In this document: in pieces, positions 10,273 to 19,160 of the stretch | Position numbering within the stretch: position 1 is the stretch's first letter | How the letters are laid out: each line of letters starts with the position of its first letter | NCBI GenBank assembly: GCA_946498245.1 | Contig: CAMMNN010000002.1 | Span: 56,898-120,897 of the forward strand | Origin: an uncultured Clostridium sp. | Lineage (GTDB): Bacteria > Bacillota > Clostridia > Lachnospirales > Lachnospiraceae | DNA length: 64,000 nt | Reading direction: 5' to 3' | Notes under the pieces: model-generated | Seen by the model: the letters and a program-made list of their open reading frames with translations, nothing else | Told to the model about the DNA's origin: nothing | The model's database searches: none | Translations under genes and position numbers: made by a program

Positions 10273-11133
10273 ATGGAAATTGCCATTCACAATGTTGCCA
10301 TGACCTATTCTAACGGAAAGCAGGCCCTAAAGGACCTCAGCCTTACCCTGGGTTCTCCCAGCCTTATAGGCCTTTTAGGGCCTAATGGCGCCGGGAAAAC
10401 CACCCTGATGAAGCTCCTTGCTGCTGCCCTGACGCCTACCTCCGGAACTGTGGAAATCAATGGCCAGCCTCTTTTAAAATCAGAACGGTTTTTAAAATCC
10501 CATTTAGGGTATCTGCCCCAGGATTTCGGGCTTCTGGAGGAGCTTACAGTAACCCAGTTTTTGGATTATATGGCCGCCCTAAAGGAGCTGGAGCATTCCA
10601 GGGCCGCAGTCCAAAGGGCCATAGACGCAGTGGGACTAAGGGAAAAAGCGAAAGCCGGGATTCGCACTCTGTCAGGCGGCCAGCGCCAGCGGGTGGGGAT
10701 TGCTCAGGCCCTGCTGGGCGATCCGGCCCTTTTAATTTTGGACGAGCCTACTGTGGGCCTGGATCCGGAGGAACGGATCCGTTTCCGCAATCTTTTTTCT
10801 CAGGCAGCCCAGGATCGCCTGGTGCTCCTGTCTACCCATATTATTGAAGACCTGCAGTCCGTATGTAATCAGCTTGTGGTTATGAACTGCGGCAGGATCC
10901 TCTTTGCCGGCACGCCGGAACAACTGATCCGGACCACAGAGGGCCATGTGGGAGTCTTTTGGCATCAGGATTCTTCCCAGGAAAAGTTGCTGCGAATCAC
11001 AGCCCGCGTCAACACGGCTCAGGGAGTGCGCTGCCGCGGGGTAGCGGATATTCTTCCCTCCTTCGTTTGCCCGGAAGAGCCTACTTTGGAAGACGCCTAT
11101 CTCTACTTAATCTCTAAGGAGGACGCCCTATGA
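10273..11133 (+). CDS. ABC transporter ATP-binding protein (ABC-2 type)
   Basis: Walker A GPNGAGKTT, signature LSGGQRQR, Walker B LLILDEP. Confidence 0.93.
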   Translation: MEIAIHNVAMTYSNGKQALKDLSLTLGSPSLIGLLGPNGAGKTTLMKLLAAALTPTSGTVEINGQPLLKSERFLKSHLGYLPQDFGLLEELTVTQFLDYMAALKELEHSRAAVQRAIDAVGLREKAKAGIRTLSGGQRQRVGIAQALLGDPALLILDEPTVGLDPEERIRFRNLFSQAAQDRLVLLSTHIIEDLQSVCNQLVVMNCGRILFAGTPEQLIRTTEGHVGVFWHQDSSQEKLLRITARVNTAQGVRCRGVADILPSFVCPEEPTLEDAYLYLISKEDAL

Positions 11134-13319
11134 AAGCAATACGGCTGTTTCCTTCTGAATTTCGGCGGCTTCTGCAAAGTCCCCTGACAGGGCCCATAGC
11201 TTTGCTGACCCTCCTCTCCCCTCTGGCGGGGCTATTCCTCTATAAGCCAGCAAGCGCCAGTACCATGCATACCATGTATCTGGCCAATCCCGCCTTGGCC
11301 GGCGGTACGGCGGGAGGGATTCTTTTTGCCCTTCTTACGGTCTTTGAACTGGATCGGACTGTCAGGAGCCGGGCCAATCTCCTGATCGACGGGGCTGTTT
11401 CCCCTGTGACCATGGCTCAGACCCGTCTTCTGGCCCTGATGGCAGCGGCGTCCTTAACCTTTATCCTTACTGCGCTGGTCTGGTTTCCCATTACCCGGAA
11501 TCTCACAGGCCAGATTTTCGACAGTCAAAGCTACCTTCTGGCATACTCTATTTTTATGGGGCTTTGCCTCCCCATAGCCGTTTTGGCTGCCGCATCAGCC
11601 TACCAGTTTACCGGGCGGACGGATTTGACTCTGGCCCTTTTTGCCCTCTTTTCCGGACTGAGTCTGACGGTGTGGTCTGACCATTGGCAGCTTTGCTGGC
11701 TAAATCCCTGCGTGTGGGCCTTGTCTGACGATTTTTCCAATTTCCGGATTTTTCGTTCCGTAAGCTTTATGCGTCTTACCTGGCTTGGGATCCTTTTGGG
11801 GATATGGCTGCTCTCCTGCCTCTGTATCCGGCAATATGGTAAGGGCCTTCTGGGTTCTCTGGCCTGCCGCCTCCGCCAGTTTTGGCGGCCTGCTGCCGCC
11901 CTGCTCCTTCTGGCCTGTTCTGCTGCTGCCTGGGCCGCACAGCCCTTTGTGGATCACAGCAACCCTGACGAGACAGTTATGTCCTTTGACCAGATAGCCT
12001 TTCCTCAGGGCGTTTCCTGTCTCAGCCGCACAGCCAGGGTCTATCCCGATACTGCTGCCGGAACCGTAACGGCCCAGGCCTCTTTCCGGTTCCGCAATAC
12101 CTCCGGCCAGCCCCAGACCGTGGCCTTTGGCATCAATCCCGGCTACCGCGTTTCCTCTGTTCAGGCAAACGGATCCGACGTTCCCTTTTTAATAGATGAC
12201 TACCAGGAATACAACGAAGCCCTCCTGGAAGCAGAGATACCGACCGGGGAAGAAACGGAGCTGGTCATAGAGTACGGCGGCTTTCCCCAGGAAAGCCGTT
12301 CCATGGCTGCAATGCAGGGCCGTCTGGAAATCAGCAGGGAATACCTCTGCCTGGAAAATGCAGCTCTGGCCCCCCGCCTTATCAATGCGCCCATTGACGG
12401 CGGAATCTATCCTACGGTGGTTGAAATTACCCTGCCCCGCCACATGACGGTAATTCCCTTCTGCGCCAGTGATGCAGAGATTGTGGCGGAACCCGGCAGC
12501 GACACTTTTACCTGGCGGTATCAATATAACGGAACCGGCGGCATCCTCTATGCCGGCGACTATGTCAGGCAGGATATAGAAGCCGGAGGCATTACGATTC
12601 AATTGTATTACGGCCGCAGGCATCAGGCCGTCATGGAAGCTACCGGGGCCGCAGAAGCCGTAAAAGCGGTGGCGGACTACTGCACGGAGCATTACGGCCC
12701 CCTTTCCTTCGGCGGTGAAGGTTCCCTGAAGCTGATACAGAGCCGCGTAACCGGCGGCGGCTATGCCGCCAATGGGGCCAGCCTGCTGGACGAGGCGGAT
12801 TTTACCGCCGCAAATCTGGCCGATTCCGCCAAAGGAGCCATTCCCGGAGAAGTTATGATTCACGAGCTGGTTCACCAGTGGTGGGGGCTGGCCAATATGT
12901 TTGACCCTTCAGACCCTGACGCTCCCTGGTCCGCAGAAGGACTGACGGTTTACACCACGTACCGGATTGTCAAAGACATCTGGGGGGAGGAATACGCTGA
13001 GGAGCACTACGTAAAGGAGTGGCAGAAGGCAGTAAGGGACTATTACGACAATTTCTACGTCCGAAATCCGGAATATCTGACTGCGCTGCCGGAAAAAGAG
13101 CGGCTGAAAATTTCCAACAGCCTGTCCTCTGTGCGGCAGTACAGCGAAATGCCCCTTAAAATTTTAAAAGCCCAGGATCTGGTCGGCGGCGAAGAGGCCA
13201 TGGACGCCATTTTGCATGGGCTCTTTAACCGGGATCTGGACTGGACTTACCCTTATCTCACCTATGAAGAATTTTTAGACGCCTGCGGGCTGGCAAAGGA
13301 GGATCTGAATCTTGAGTAA
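11130..13319 (+). CDS. ABC-2-type permease fused to an M1-family (gluzincin) peptidase domain
   Basis: 729-aa ORF coupled to the ATPase gene by an ATGA overlap. The N-terminal ~270 aa hold multiple hydrophobic helices. The C-terminal ~450 aa carry HELVHQWWG followed by WSAEG (HEXXH ... E zinc site). No clear GxMEN exopeptidase motif was seen. Confidence 0.8.
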   Translation: MKAIRLFPSEFRRLLQSPLTGPIALLTLLSPLAGLFLYKPASASTMHTMYLANPALAGGTAGGILFALLTVFELDRTVRSRANLLIDGAVSPVTMAQTRLLALMAAASLTFILTALVWFPITRNLTGQIFDSQSYLLAYSIFMGLCLPIAVLAAASAYQFTGRTDLTLALFALFSGLSLTVWSDHWQLCWLNPCVWALSDDFSNFRIFRSVSFMRLTWLGILLGIWLLSCLCIRQYGKGLLGSLACRLRQFWRPAAALLLLACSAAAWAAQPFVDHSNPDETVMSFDQIAFPQGVSCLSRTARVYPDTAAGTVTAQASFRFRNTSGQPQTVAFGINPGYRVSSVQANGSDVPFLIDDYQEYNEALLEAEIPTGEETELVIEYGGFPQESRSMAAMQGRLEISREYLCLENAALAPRLINAPIDGGIYPTVVEITLPRHMTVIPFCASDAEIVAEPGSDTFTWRYQYNGTGGILYAGDYVRQDIEAGGITIQLYYGRRHQAVMEATGAAEAVKAVADYCTEHYGPLSFGGEGSLKLIQSRVTGGGYAANGASLLDEADFTAANLADSAKGAIPGEVMIHELVHQWWGLANMFDPSDPDAPWSAEGLTVYTTYRIVKDIWGEEYAEEHYVKEWQKAVRDYYDNFYVRNPEYLTALPEKERLKISNSLSSVRQYSEMPLKILKAQDLVGGEEAMDAILHGLFNRDLDWTYPYLTYEEFLDACGLAKEDLNLE

Positions 13320-14085
13320 AGTATTTCGATATGAATGTAAACGGCTGCTGTGGAACCCCTTTTTCTTTGGATTTCTTCTGGTTCTTCTGTTTTACGGCTG
13401 GCAGACCCTTTGCGGAGTCACCATATTGGGAGCAGCCAACACCGCTCCTTTCTCTCCCTGGAGTTTCGGCCATTACCTCAGCCGAATGGTTCCCCTCCTT
13501 TGGGCCGGAACGCTGTTTTTCCTGACATTTTTTACTTCTCCCAAAGCTTTGCGTGCCGCCGCCCTGACTAATGCCGCGCCTATGAATCCCGGCCGCTACG
13601 TCCTGGCCCGGTGCGCCTCCGCTTTAGCGGGAACCGGCTTACTGGCTCTGGCCTGTCTGGCGGAAGCCGCCCTGTTTTATAACGGGTATTTCGGGTGGCG
13701 CCATTGGAAAACGCTCTTCCTCCCTGCCCTGGTTACACTGGTTCCTCCCCTGGTCTTTGCCCTGGGAAGCGGTTGGATCCTGGGCCGGTTAAAGCCCTGG
13801 CTCTTGTATCCCTGGATGCTTCTTCCCCTTCTGATTCTGGTTTTTCCTCTCCCTCAGCCCTGCGGAATTTGGAACGGATCCTTCTTTTGCCAGTACCCCC
13901 TGGTGTTAGAAACCCTGGATCCCCCGTTTTCCCTGCCCCTTTCCGTCATTGGAACCCAGTGCGGGCTCCTGGCAGCCGGGGTAGGGCTGCTGCCCTTTGC
14001 GATTATGGCAGCGAAAGATACACCCCGCTTTCCTCTATTTTCTCTACGGACATTCCCAAAAGGGCGGCAAAATCTTCTACGCTGA
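13312..14085 (+). CDS. Polytopic membrane protein, probable second permease component
   Basis: 257-aa highly hydrophobic ORF. TTG start sits 9 nt after AAGGAGG and overlaps the previous gene by 8 nt. The last 83 nt overlap the convergent lipoprotein gene. Confidence 0.65.
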   Translation: MSKVFRYECKRLLWNPFFFGFLLVLLFYGWQTLCGVTILGAANTAPFSPWSFGHYLSRMVPLLWAGTLFFLTFFTSPKALRAAALTNAAPMNPGRYVLARCASALAGTGLLALACLAEAALFYNGYFGWRHWKTLFLPALVTLVPPLVFALGSGWILGRLKPWLLYPWMLLPLLILVFPLPQPCGIWNGSFFCQYPLVLETLDPPFSLPLSVIGTQCGLLAAGVGLLPFAIMAAKDTPRFPLFSLRTFPKGRQNLLR

Positions 14086-15133
14086 TCCAGTAGTAATAAG
14101 TCGCCCCTGTGTGGGTGTGTGAGATTTCGTTTTTATTGGCAATCTGCAGATTGACTCCATTTTTTAGAAAAATCAGCCCGTCTTCCTGTCTTTTTACCTC
14201 ATAGTGGTCGCCTCCTATAAAATAGGAGGTGGCTTTCTCTTTTTCAGAAATGGTGTATTCGGAATCCGGATAATAACGTTCAATAATTTCTCTCTGCAGA
14301 TAATCCTCTACGCCGCCATTGTAGTCAAGTTTTACGCCGAATCCAACGGGTGTATAATACTTTCCGTCTTCAACATTGTACAGGAAACGAATTTCATAGT
14401 CCTCTGACCGGTAGGGCTCCCCATTGATATACAGGTTTCGGATATACTTTTGGGGAATAGATTCCAGCCATTCCTGCGGCGCACTTACGCCGTCAGTCAG
14501 CCCTTCTTCTGCGTCCGCCTTAAAATTAAGATACAAAAGCTTTCGATAGTAGGACTCATTCCACTCTCCCTGCTTCTCCATAACGAACTGCCAGTTCTTC
14601 CCATAACGCGTCATAAGCCCGATTTCAAAGGGAAACCAATTTAACTCCTCTTCAGGCATATAATCCTCTATCAGCATACAAAGTTCTTCCATGGCATCAA
14701 CGCCGGCGTCAATTTCTTCCACAGTCGTGACATCATTTACGATTCTGGCAAAGGAACCGGACACAATCTCTATTTCCACCTGATACTTCTCTGCAATTCT
14801 ATGGATTTCTTCTGAAAAATGCTCAAAAAGCTTTTGGCAGTAATCATTTTCAGAAGAAGCAGTGGTTCCACCAAAAAGCGTATCCGTTCTCTGGTAGTTT
14901 GTATACGTGAATACCACGCCCTTGTTATCTATGGTATAGCTTTTCATTTTGTGTTTTTCAGAGCGCATTCCCGTTTTTACATTCAAGATCTCCGCATCAG
15001 GCAAGGCCTGCCTGATGCCTGTTTCCACCTCTTGGGTACTTCGCAGCCTTCCGCAGCCTGCCAGCAGACCCAGCACAAAAAGCAAAAGGGCAAAGGCGGC
15101 AATATGCCGCAGCCCTCTGCAGCGTTTTTCCAT
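14003..15133 (-). CDS. Hypothetical lipoprotein, no family recognised
   Basis: Start at ATG 15133 after the SD GAGAGGGGAGAGG. Signal peptide with lipobox LLAGC. AT-richer composition than the flanks. Confidence 0.65.
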   Translation of the reverse strand: MEKRCRGLRHIAAFALLLFVLGLLAGCGRLRSTQEVETGIRQALPDAEILNVKTGMRSEKHKMKSYTIDNKGVVFTYTNYQRTDTLFGGTTASSENDYCQKLFEHFSEEIHRIAEKYQVEIEIVSGSFARIVNDVTTVEEIDAGVDAMEELCMLIEDYMPEEELNWFPFEIGLMTRYGKNWQFVMEKQGEWNESYYRKLLYLNFKADAEEGLTDGVSAPQEWLESIPQKYIRNLYINGEPYRSEDYEIRFLYNVEDGKYYTPVGFGVKLDYNGGVEDYLQREIIERYYPDSEYTISEKEKATSYFIGGDHYEVKRQEDGLIFLKNGVNLQIANKNEISHTHTGATYYYWISVEDFAALLGMSVEKIEESGVYLSLP

Positions 15134-15170
15134 AACCACCTCTCCCCTCTCTGGTATCATGTTTGTGTTA

Positions 15171-15470
15171 TCACTCAAAAATTCTTGTAATATCTCGATA
15201 CCGGTTAACCACACGGTAAATCTCTAAATACTCGTTGCTTACCTTGCAGATGATCACATAGTCTTCCCATATCGCATATTTATAGTCTGTCCGAAAGCTG
15301 ACTCTCTTAAAAAGATCTGAACCCATTCCCGGAAACATCTGGAGATTTTCAAATTTGCCATAAATTTCCTTTATGGTCTTTGCAGCATATTCTTTATTAT
15401 CTTCAACAATGTAGTCCCGGATATTCTTTAAATCCTCCACAACAATCGGATTGATCCGCAGTTTTAACAT
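15171..15470 (-). CDS. Type II toxin, RelE/ParE superfamily (ParE-like)
   Basis: 99-aa ORF directly after a Phd/YefM-type gene with a 1-nt gap. Typical ParE-like length and C-terminal Y..I.RV.H/N pattern. Confidence 0.8.
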   Translation of the reverse strand: MLKLRINPIVVEDLKNIRDYIVEDNKEYAAKTIKEIYGKFENLQMFPGMGSDLFKRVSFRTDYKYAIWEDYVIICKVSNEYLEIYRVVNRYRDITRIFE

Positions 15471-15471
15471 C

Positions 15472-15720
15472 TTATTCCCCCATAAGTGCTTTCAATTCAT
15501 CCAGATTTAGCCAACCTTCGCCATCTTTTACTGCCTCTTCAGCTTCCTGCAGCTTTATCAGGAGTTTTTTCTCTGCGCGGTCACGCTCGTAATCTTCAAT
15601 ATCCATAACTACAAACCGTCCTCTGCCATTCTTGGTCAAATACACCGGTTCCCCTTTATGACAATTTTTTAAAACTTCATTATAATTTCTCAAATCAGAT
15701 ACTGGTAAAATATTCGCCAT
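15472..15720 (-). CDS. Type II antitoxin, Phd/YefM family
   Basis: 82-aa ORF with the N-terminal pattern ILPVSDLRNYNEVL ... GEPVYLTKNGRGRFVVMDIEDYE, typical of Phd/YefM. Confidence 0.85.
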   Translation of the reverse strand: MANILPVSDLRNYNEVLKNCHKGEPVYLTKNGRGRFVVMDIEDYERDRAEKKLLIKLQEAEEAVKDGEGWLNLDELKALMGE

Positions 15721-15774
15721 ATTCCTTCAGCCCCTTCCTTGATATTATGTCATTTCTGTTACTTCTATTATACA

Positions 15775-15815
15775 CAAAAAGCTGTAAAATTCAACGTAGA
15801 TTTTTACAGCTTTTA
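15775..15815 (-). terminator. Intrinsic terminator after the dinJ-yafQ pair
   Basis: AGCTGTAAAA (15780-15789) pairs with TTTTACAGCT (15802-15811). On the minus strand it is followed by TTTTTGTGT. Confidence 0.6.
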
Positions 15816-16097
15816 GGGGGAGTTTTGTTATAAATTTTTTGCTATACTTGCTTATTATAAATTAGGCAAATCTATTATCTGTAAATACTCATTTTCTTTC
15901 ATAAGAGGTCTGCTCTCCCGGAGATAAGGAAAAACAGTTTCCTTACGAAGCTTTCATGCGCCCAATAGGCAGGGTACCCATCGACCTATAAAAATCAGTA
16001 GGGCGTTTTCGGCATCTCTGAATACATTCCGCCTGTTTAGCGGCGGACTTTCGTAGCAAATAAAGAAGAGGCCGCCCGTCCAGGACAGCCTCCTTTC

Positions 16098-16373
16098 TTA
16101 AAACAGTTCCGAATGGCTTCCAATCCGATAAAGCATGAGAACCAAAATACCGTTGTCAATCTCATAAATCAATAACCAGTCCGGCTCTATATGGCATTCC
16201 CGGCAGCCTCTATAATTCCCGCTAAGTCCGTGGTCACGATACTTTGCTTCTAATATTTCTCCATTGGAAAGCTTACTAATTACAGCAAACAATTCGTCCG
16301 TATCTTTCCTCTGCTTTTTTGCCAGCTTCAAATCTTTCTTAAACTGGCTTGTAAATCGAACTTCATATTTCAC
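16098..16373 (-). CDS. yafQ: Type II toxin, YafQ family mRNA interferase
   Basis: 91-aa ORF with YafQ-type motifs KKDLKLAKKQ ... DHGLSGNYRGCRECHIEPDWLLIY ... RIGSHSELF. Confidence 0.9.
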   Translation of the reverse strand: MKYEVRFTSQFKKDLKLAKKQRKDTDELFAVISKLSNGEILEAKYRDHGLSGNYRGCRECHIEPDWLLIYEIDNGILVLMLYRIGSHSELF

Positions 16374-16642
16374 TCTTCCAACGCCGCCTTTAACTCGTCC
16401 ATACTGTGGTATCCCCTGGCATTCTTATCCTGTAAGATTCTTCTGCCCTCTGCAATCGCAGCGGCAGTGATTTCATTGGGAGTATCTACCTTTATTTCAA
16501 AGGGAATCCCCCCTGTACGAATGGCTTGACGAAGAAATATATTGACAGCGGTTGTAAGATTTAGGCCCAATTCATTAAAAAGCTGTTCTGCCGCTGCTTT
16601 CACTTCTATATCTGTGCGGATATTCATATTGGTAGTAGCCAT
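16370..16642 (-). CDS. dinJ: Type II antitoxin, RelB/DinJ family
   Basis: Start at ATG 16642 after AAGGAGGG. N-terminal NIRTDIEVKAAAEQLFNELGL ... AVNIFLRQ ribbon-helix-helix pattern. 4-nt overlap with yafQ. Confidence 0.88.
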   Translation of the reverse strand: MATTNMNIRTDIEVKAAAEQLFNELGLNLTTAVNIFLRQAIRTGGIPFEIKVDTPNEITAAAIAEGRRILQDKNARGYHSMDELKAALEE

Positions 16643-16674
16643 GTTATCCCTCCTTTGCAATCTATTATAATTAT

Positions 16675-16703
16675 AATGTAACGCATTACAATTACAATGT
16701 CAA
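16675..16703 (-). promoter_or_regulatory. dinJ-yafQ promoter with overlapping palindromic operator
   Basis: On the minus strand: TTGACA (16703-16698), 17 nt, TACATT (16680-16675). The inverted repeat TGTAA-CGCA-TTACA (16677-16690) overlaps the -10. Confidence 0.55.
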
Positions 16704-16738
16704 TCTGTTTTTCAAAGGCAGGTGATTACCAGGCCACT

Positions 16739-17575
16739 TTACGGATATGAAATCTCTTTTTTCACCCTTCCCCAGCCGCTTTCTGCCTCCAGGGCCGTTT
16801 CCGCCAGTCCCGGAAGGGAGAGGCCGCCGTCAATTACCAGGGATATGCCTGTGATGTAAGAGGCTTTTTCAGAGGCCAGGAAAACTACGGCGTTGGCAAT
16901 GTCTTCGGGAGTGCCGTACCGCTCCAGGGGGATTCTTTTGGAAAGGAATTTTACCTTTTCCAGATGGGCCGGATCCGCTTTAGCTTCCTCTTCCGGCGTA
17001 AAACGCCGGGTAGCTCCCGGAAGGATATTGTTGACCCGGATCCCATAAGGAGCCGTATCCAGGGCCACAGACTGGCAGGCCCGGTTCAGGGCAGCTTTAA
17101 TTCCTCCGTATACCAGATCTCCCGGGTGGGCGCTGAGTCCCCGCGCAGAGCTGATATTGATAATATTTCCCCGGATTCCATTTGCCGCCATATATTTAGC
17201 CGATTCCCGCATAAGAATCACATAGTTGCGAAACAGCAGGCCAATTAAGTAATCCATGTTTTTTTCCGTCAAATCAAAGATACTTTCCAAAATCGTAACG
17301 CCTGCGTTATTTACCATCAAATCCAGGCCGTCCAGTCTTTCCACTGCCTTTTTAAAAAACTCCACACCGGCCCCTTCTTTCGAAAGTTCCGCTTCCAGGC
17401 AGGCAAAGCTGCCCTCCGGATAGGCCTCCTTCAGATCGTTTACTACTTTTTCGGCGTTTTCTTTTTTGCTCCAATAAGAAAATACCACGTCATACCCGGC
17501 CTCGGCCAGACCGTAAACCACGCCGCGTCCAATGCCGCTGCTGCCGCCGGTTACAATTGCTTTCTTTCTCTCCAA
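16739..17575 (-). CDS. SDR family oxidoreductase (short-chain dehydrogenase/reductase)
   Basis: TGGSSGIG Rossmann motif, NNAG, and a Y-x-x-x-K catalytic pair (YGGIKAA). Confidence 0.9.
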   Translation of the reverse strand: MERKKAIVTGGSSGIGRGVVYGLAEAGYDVVFSYWSKKENAEKVVNDLKEAYPEGSFACLEAELSKEGAGVEFFKKAVERLDGLDLMVNNAGVTILESIFDLTEKNMDYLIGLLFRNYVILMRESAKYMAANGIRGNIINISSARGLSAHPGDLVYGGIKAALNRACQSVALDTAPYGIRVNNILPGATRRFTPEEEAKADPAHLEKVKFLSKRIPLERYGTPEDIANAVVFLASEKASYITGISLVIDGGLSLPGLAETALEAESGWGRVKKEISYP

Positions 17576-17596
17576 TGTGCTGCCTCCTCTGTCTTG

Positions 17597-17995
17597 TTAC
17601 TGGCTGTCCGCCTTTTCCCTTTCCTGTCCCTCCTGGGGAACCTGGGCGGAAAAAGCCAGAAAAATCAGGAAATTTTCTCCTGTGTTTGCTATGGAATGGG
17701 TGTCGCCCGCCGGGATAAACACCGCGTCGCCGTCCCGGATAGAGCGGGTTTCCCCGTTAATAGTCATCTGTCCTTTTCCGGAAATCACGTAATAAACCTC
17801 TTCGTGATCTCCGTGGGCGTGGGCCTCATAGGCTTTTCCCTCCTGCAGCATGGCGTAGGCCACGTAAAGCATTCCCTTCATGCAGAAGTTTTTTACTGCC
17901 GGGTCAAAGGACTCCTGCCCTTTTAACAGTTTATAGTCAATGCCAAAATCGTGAACAATTGATGGAGAAACATCTCTCCAGTTGGTAATTACCAT
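17597..17995 (-). CDS. Cupin domain protein
   Basis: 132-aa ORF with cupin metal motifs HAHGDHEEVYYVISG ... GDAVFIPAGDTHS. Confidence 0.8.
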   Translation of the reverse strand: MVITNWRDVSPSIVHDFGIDYKLLKGQESFDPAVKNFCMKGMLYVAYAMLQEGKAYEAHAHGDHEEVYYVISGKGQMTINGETRSIRDGDAVFIPAGDTHSIANTGENFLIFLAFSAQVPQEGQEREKADSQ

Positions 17996-18034
17996 TTCTT
18001 CACCTCGTAGTTTTTTCCGCCTTGTAATGATGTC

Positions 18035-19138
18035 TTACGGCAGCAAAAAGGTTTCCTCCTCCAGTCCTGTCAGGATCTCGCAGCCTGTGGAAGTCACCAG
18101 AACCATATCCTCGATTCTCAGTCCGCCCAATCCCGGAATATAGATCCCCGGTTCAATGGTAAGAACCATATTTTCTTTTATGACTTCCTCCGCTCCCGGT
18201 ATGATAGTAGGCCATTCCTGGCTGTTGATTCCCAGGCTGTGGCCCAGGTACGGATTAAACCACTGGGCGTAAGGATTTCCGGATAAAACCTCCATGGCCT
18301 GATCCATCAGATCCTGAAAAGTGGTTCCCGGACGGATCCGCTCAATGCAGCTTCTCTCTATTTTCCAGACCAGGTCGTGGATCTCCTGCTGTTTTCTGCT
18401 GCACAGCTCTACTGCAAAGGTTCTGGTCCAGTCCGAGGCGTACTGCTGCACTGTGGCCCCAAAATCCAGTAGAACCATGCTGCCTGTTTCAATGACATTG
18501 TCTCCCGGCAGATTAATGGTTCTTGCGGCGTTTTCCCCTGTCAGGGCCTTCATGGTAAAGGGAACGCCCTCGGATCCCTGCTTTCTCATAAAGTATTCCA
18601 GTTCCGCCACCAGTTCCAGCTCCGTTATGCCGGGGCGGATAATGGTTTTTGCATATTCCATAGCCGCCTTTGCCACAGAAGCGGAAGCCCGGATTCGCTG
18701 GATTTCCTCCGGCGTTTTCATCAGTCTGGCTCTTTTAAAACAGGAAGAGACGTCCTCCCACCTTCTTTCCGGTTCTGTCTTCCAGATCTTTTCAATGGCC
18801 AGGTAAAGGTTTAGCTCCATGCCGTCCAGCTCAAAGCCCAGGCATGGGCTTCCCTTTACGGCTTCCCCGATCTTTTCCGCTAAAGCCTCTATGCCGCCGT
18901 AATAGGGAACCGGCAGAATTTCTTCAAAATCCATCTGCTCCTGTACCAGCGGCAGCCAGCCGCCCGGAAAGAAAAAGCAGGTCTTGTCCGGAAACATCAC
19001 CACGCAATTGCAGCCTATTTGGGCCGGCCTTCTGGCTGTGGTGTGAAAACCAATGGTGTAAAATATGTTTTGAGGTGTGGTAATGATCACCGGATAATCT
19101 CTGCCATGAAATAATTCCTCATAGGTTTTTGCTGCCAT
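18035..19138 (-). CDS. M24 family metallohydrolase (Xaa-Pro peptidase / creatinase-like)
   Basis: 367-aa ORF with a pita-bread fold pattern: N-terminal creatinase-like domain, then LLDFGA ... GHSLG ... MVLTIEPG ... RIEDMV metal-ligand blocks. Confidence 0.85.
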   Translation of the reverse strand: MAAKTYEELFHGRDYPVIITTPQNIFYTIGFHTTARRPAQIGCNCVVMFPDKTCFFFPGGWLPLVQEQMDFEEILPVPYYGGIEALAEKIGEAVKGSPCLGFELDGMELNLYLAIEKIWKTEPERRWEDVSSCFKRARLMKTPEEIQRIRASASVAKAAMEYAKTIIRPGITELELVAELEYFMRKQGSEGVPFTMKALTGENAARTINLPGDNVIETGSMVLLDFGATVQQYASDWTRTFAVELCSRKQQEIHDLVWKIERSCIERIRPGTTFQDLMDQAMEVLSGNPYAQWFNPYLGHSLGINSQEWPTIIPGAEEVIKENMVLTIEPGIYIPGLGGLRIEDMVLVTSTGCEILTGLEEETFLLP

Positions 19139-19160
19139 GCCGTCTCCTTTCCGTTTTTTC

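Noticed and set aside
12189-12875. 228-aa minus-strand ORF inside the permease-M1 fusion gene (similar cases at 52816-53487, 48233-48856, 46306-46929, 34440-34991 and 21807-22370)
   Set aside because: All of these are embedded antisense in genes with strong family signatures, and none has a convincing start context or domain.
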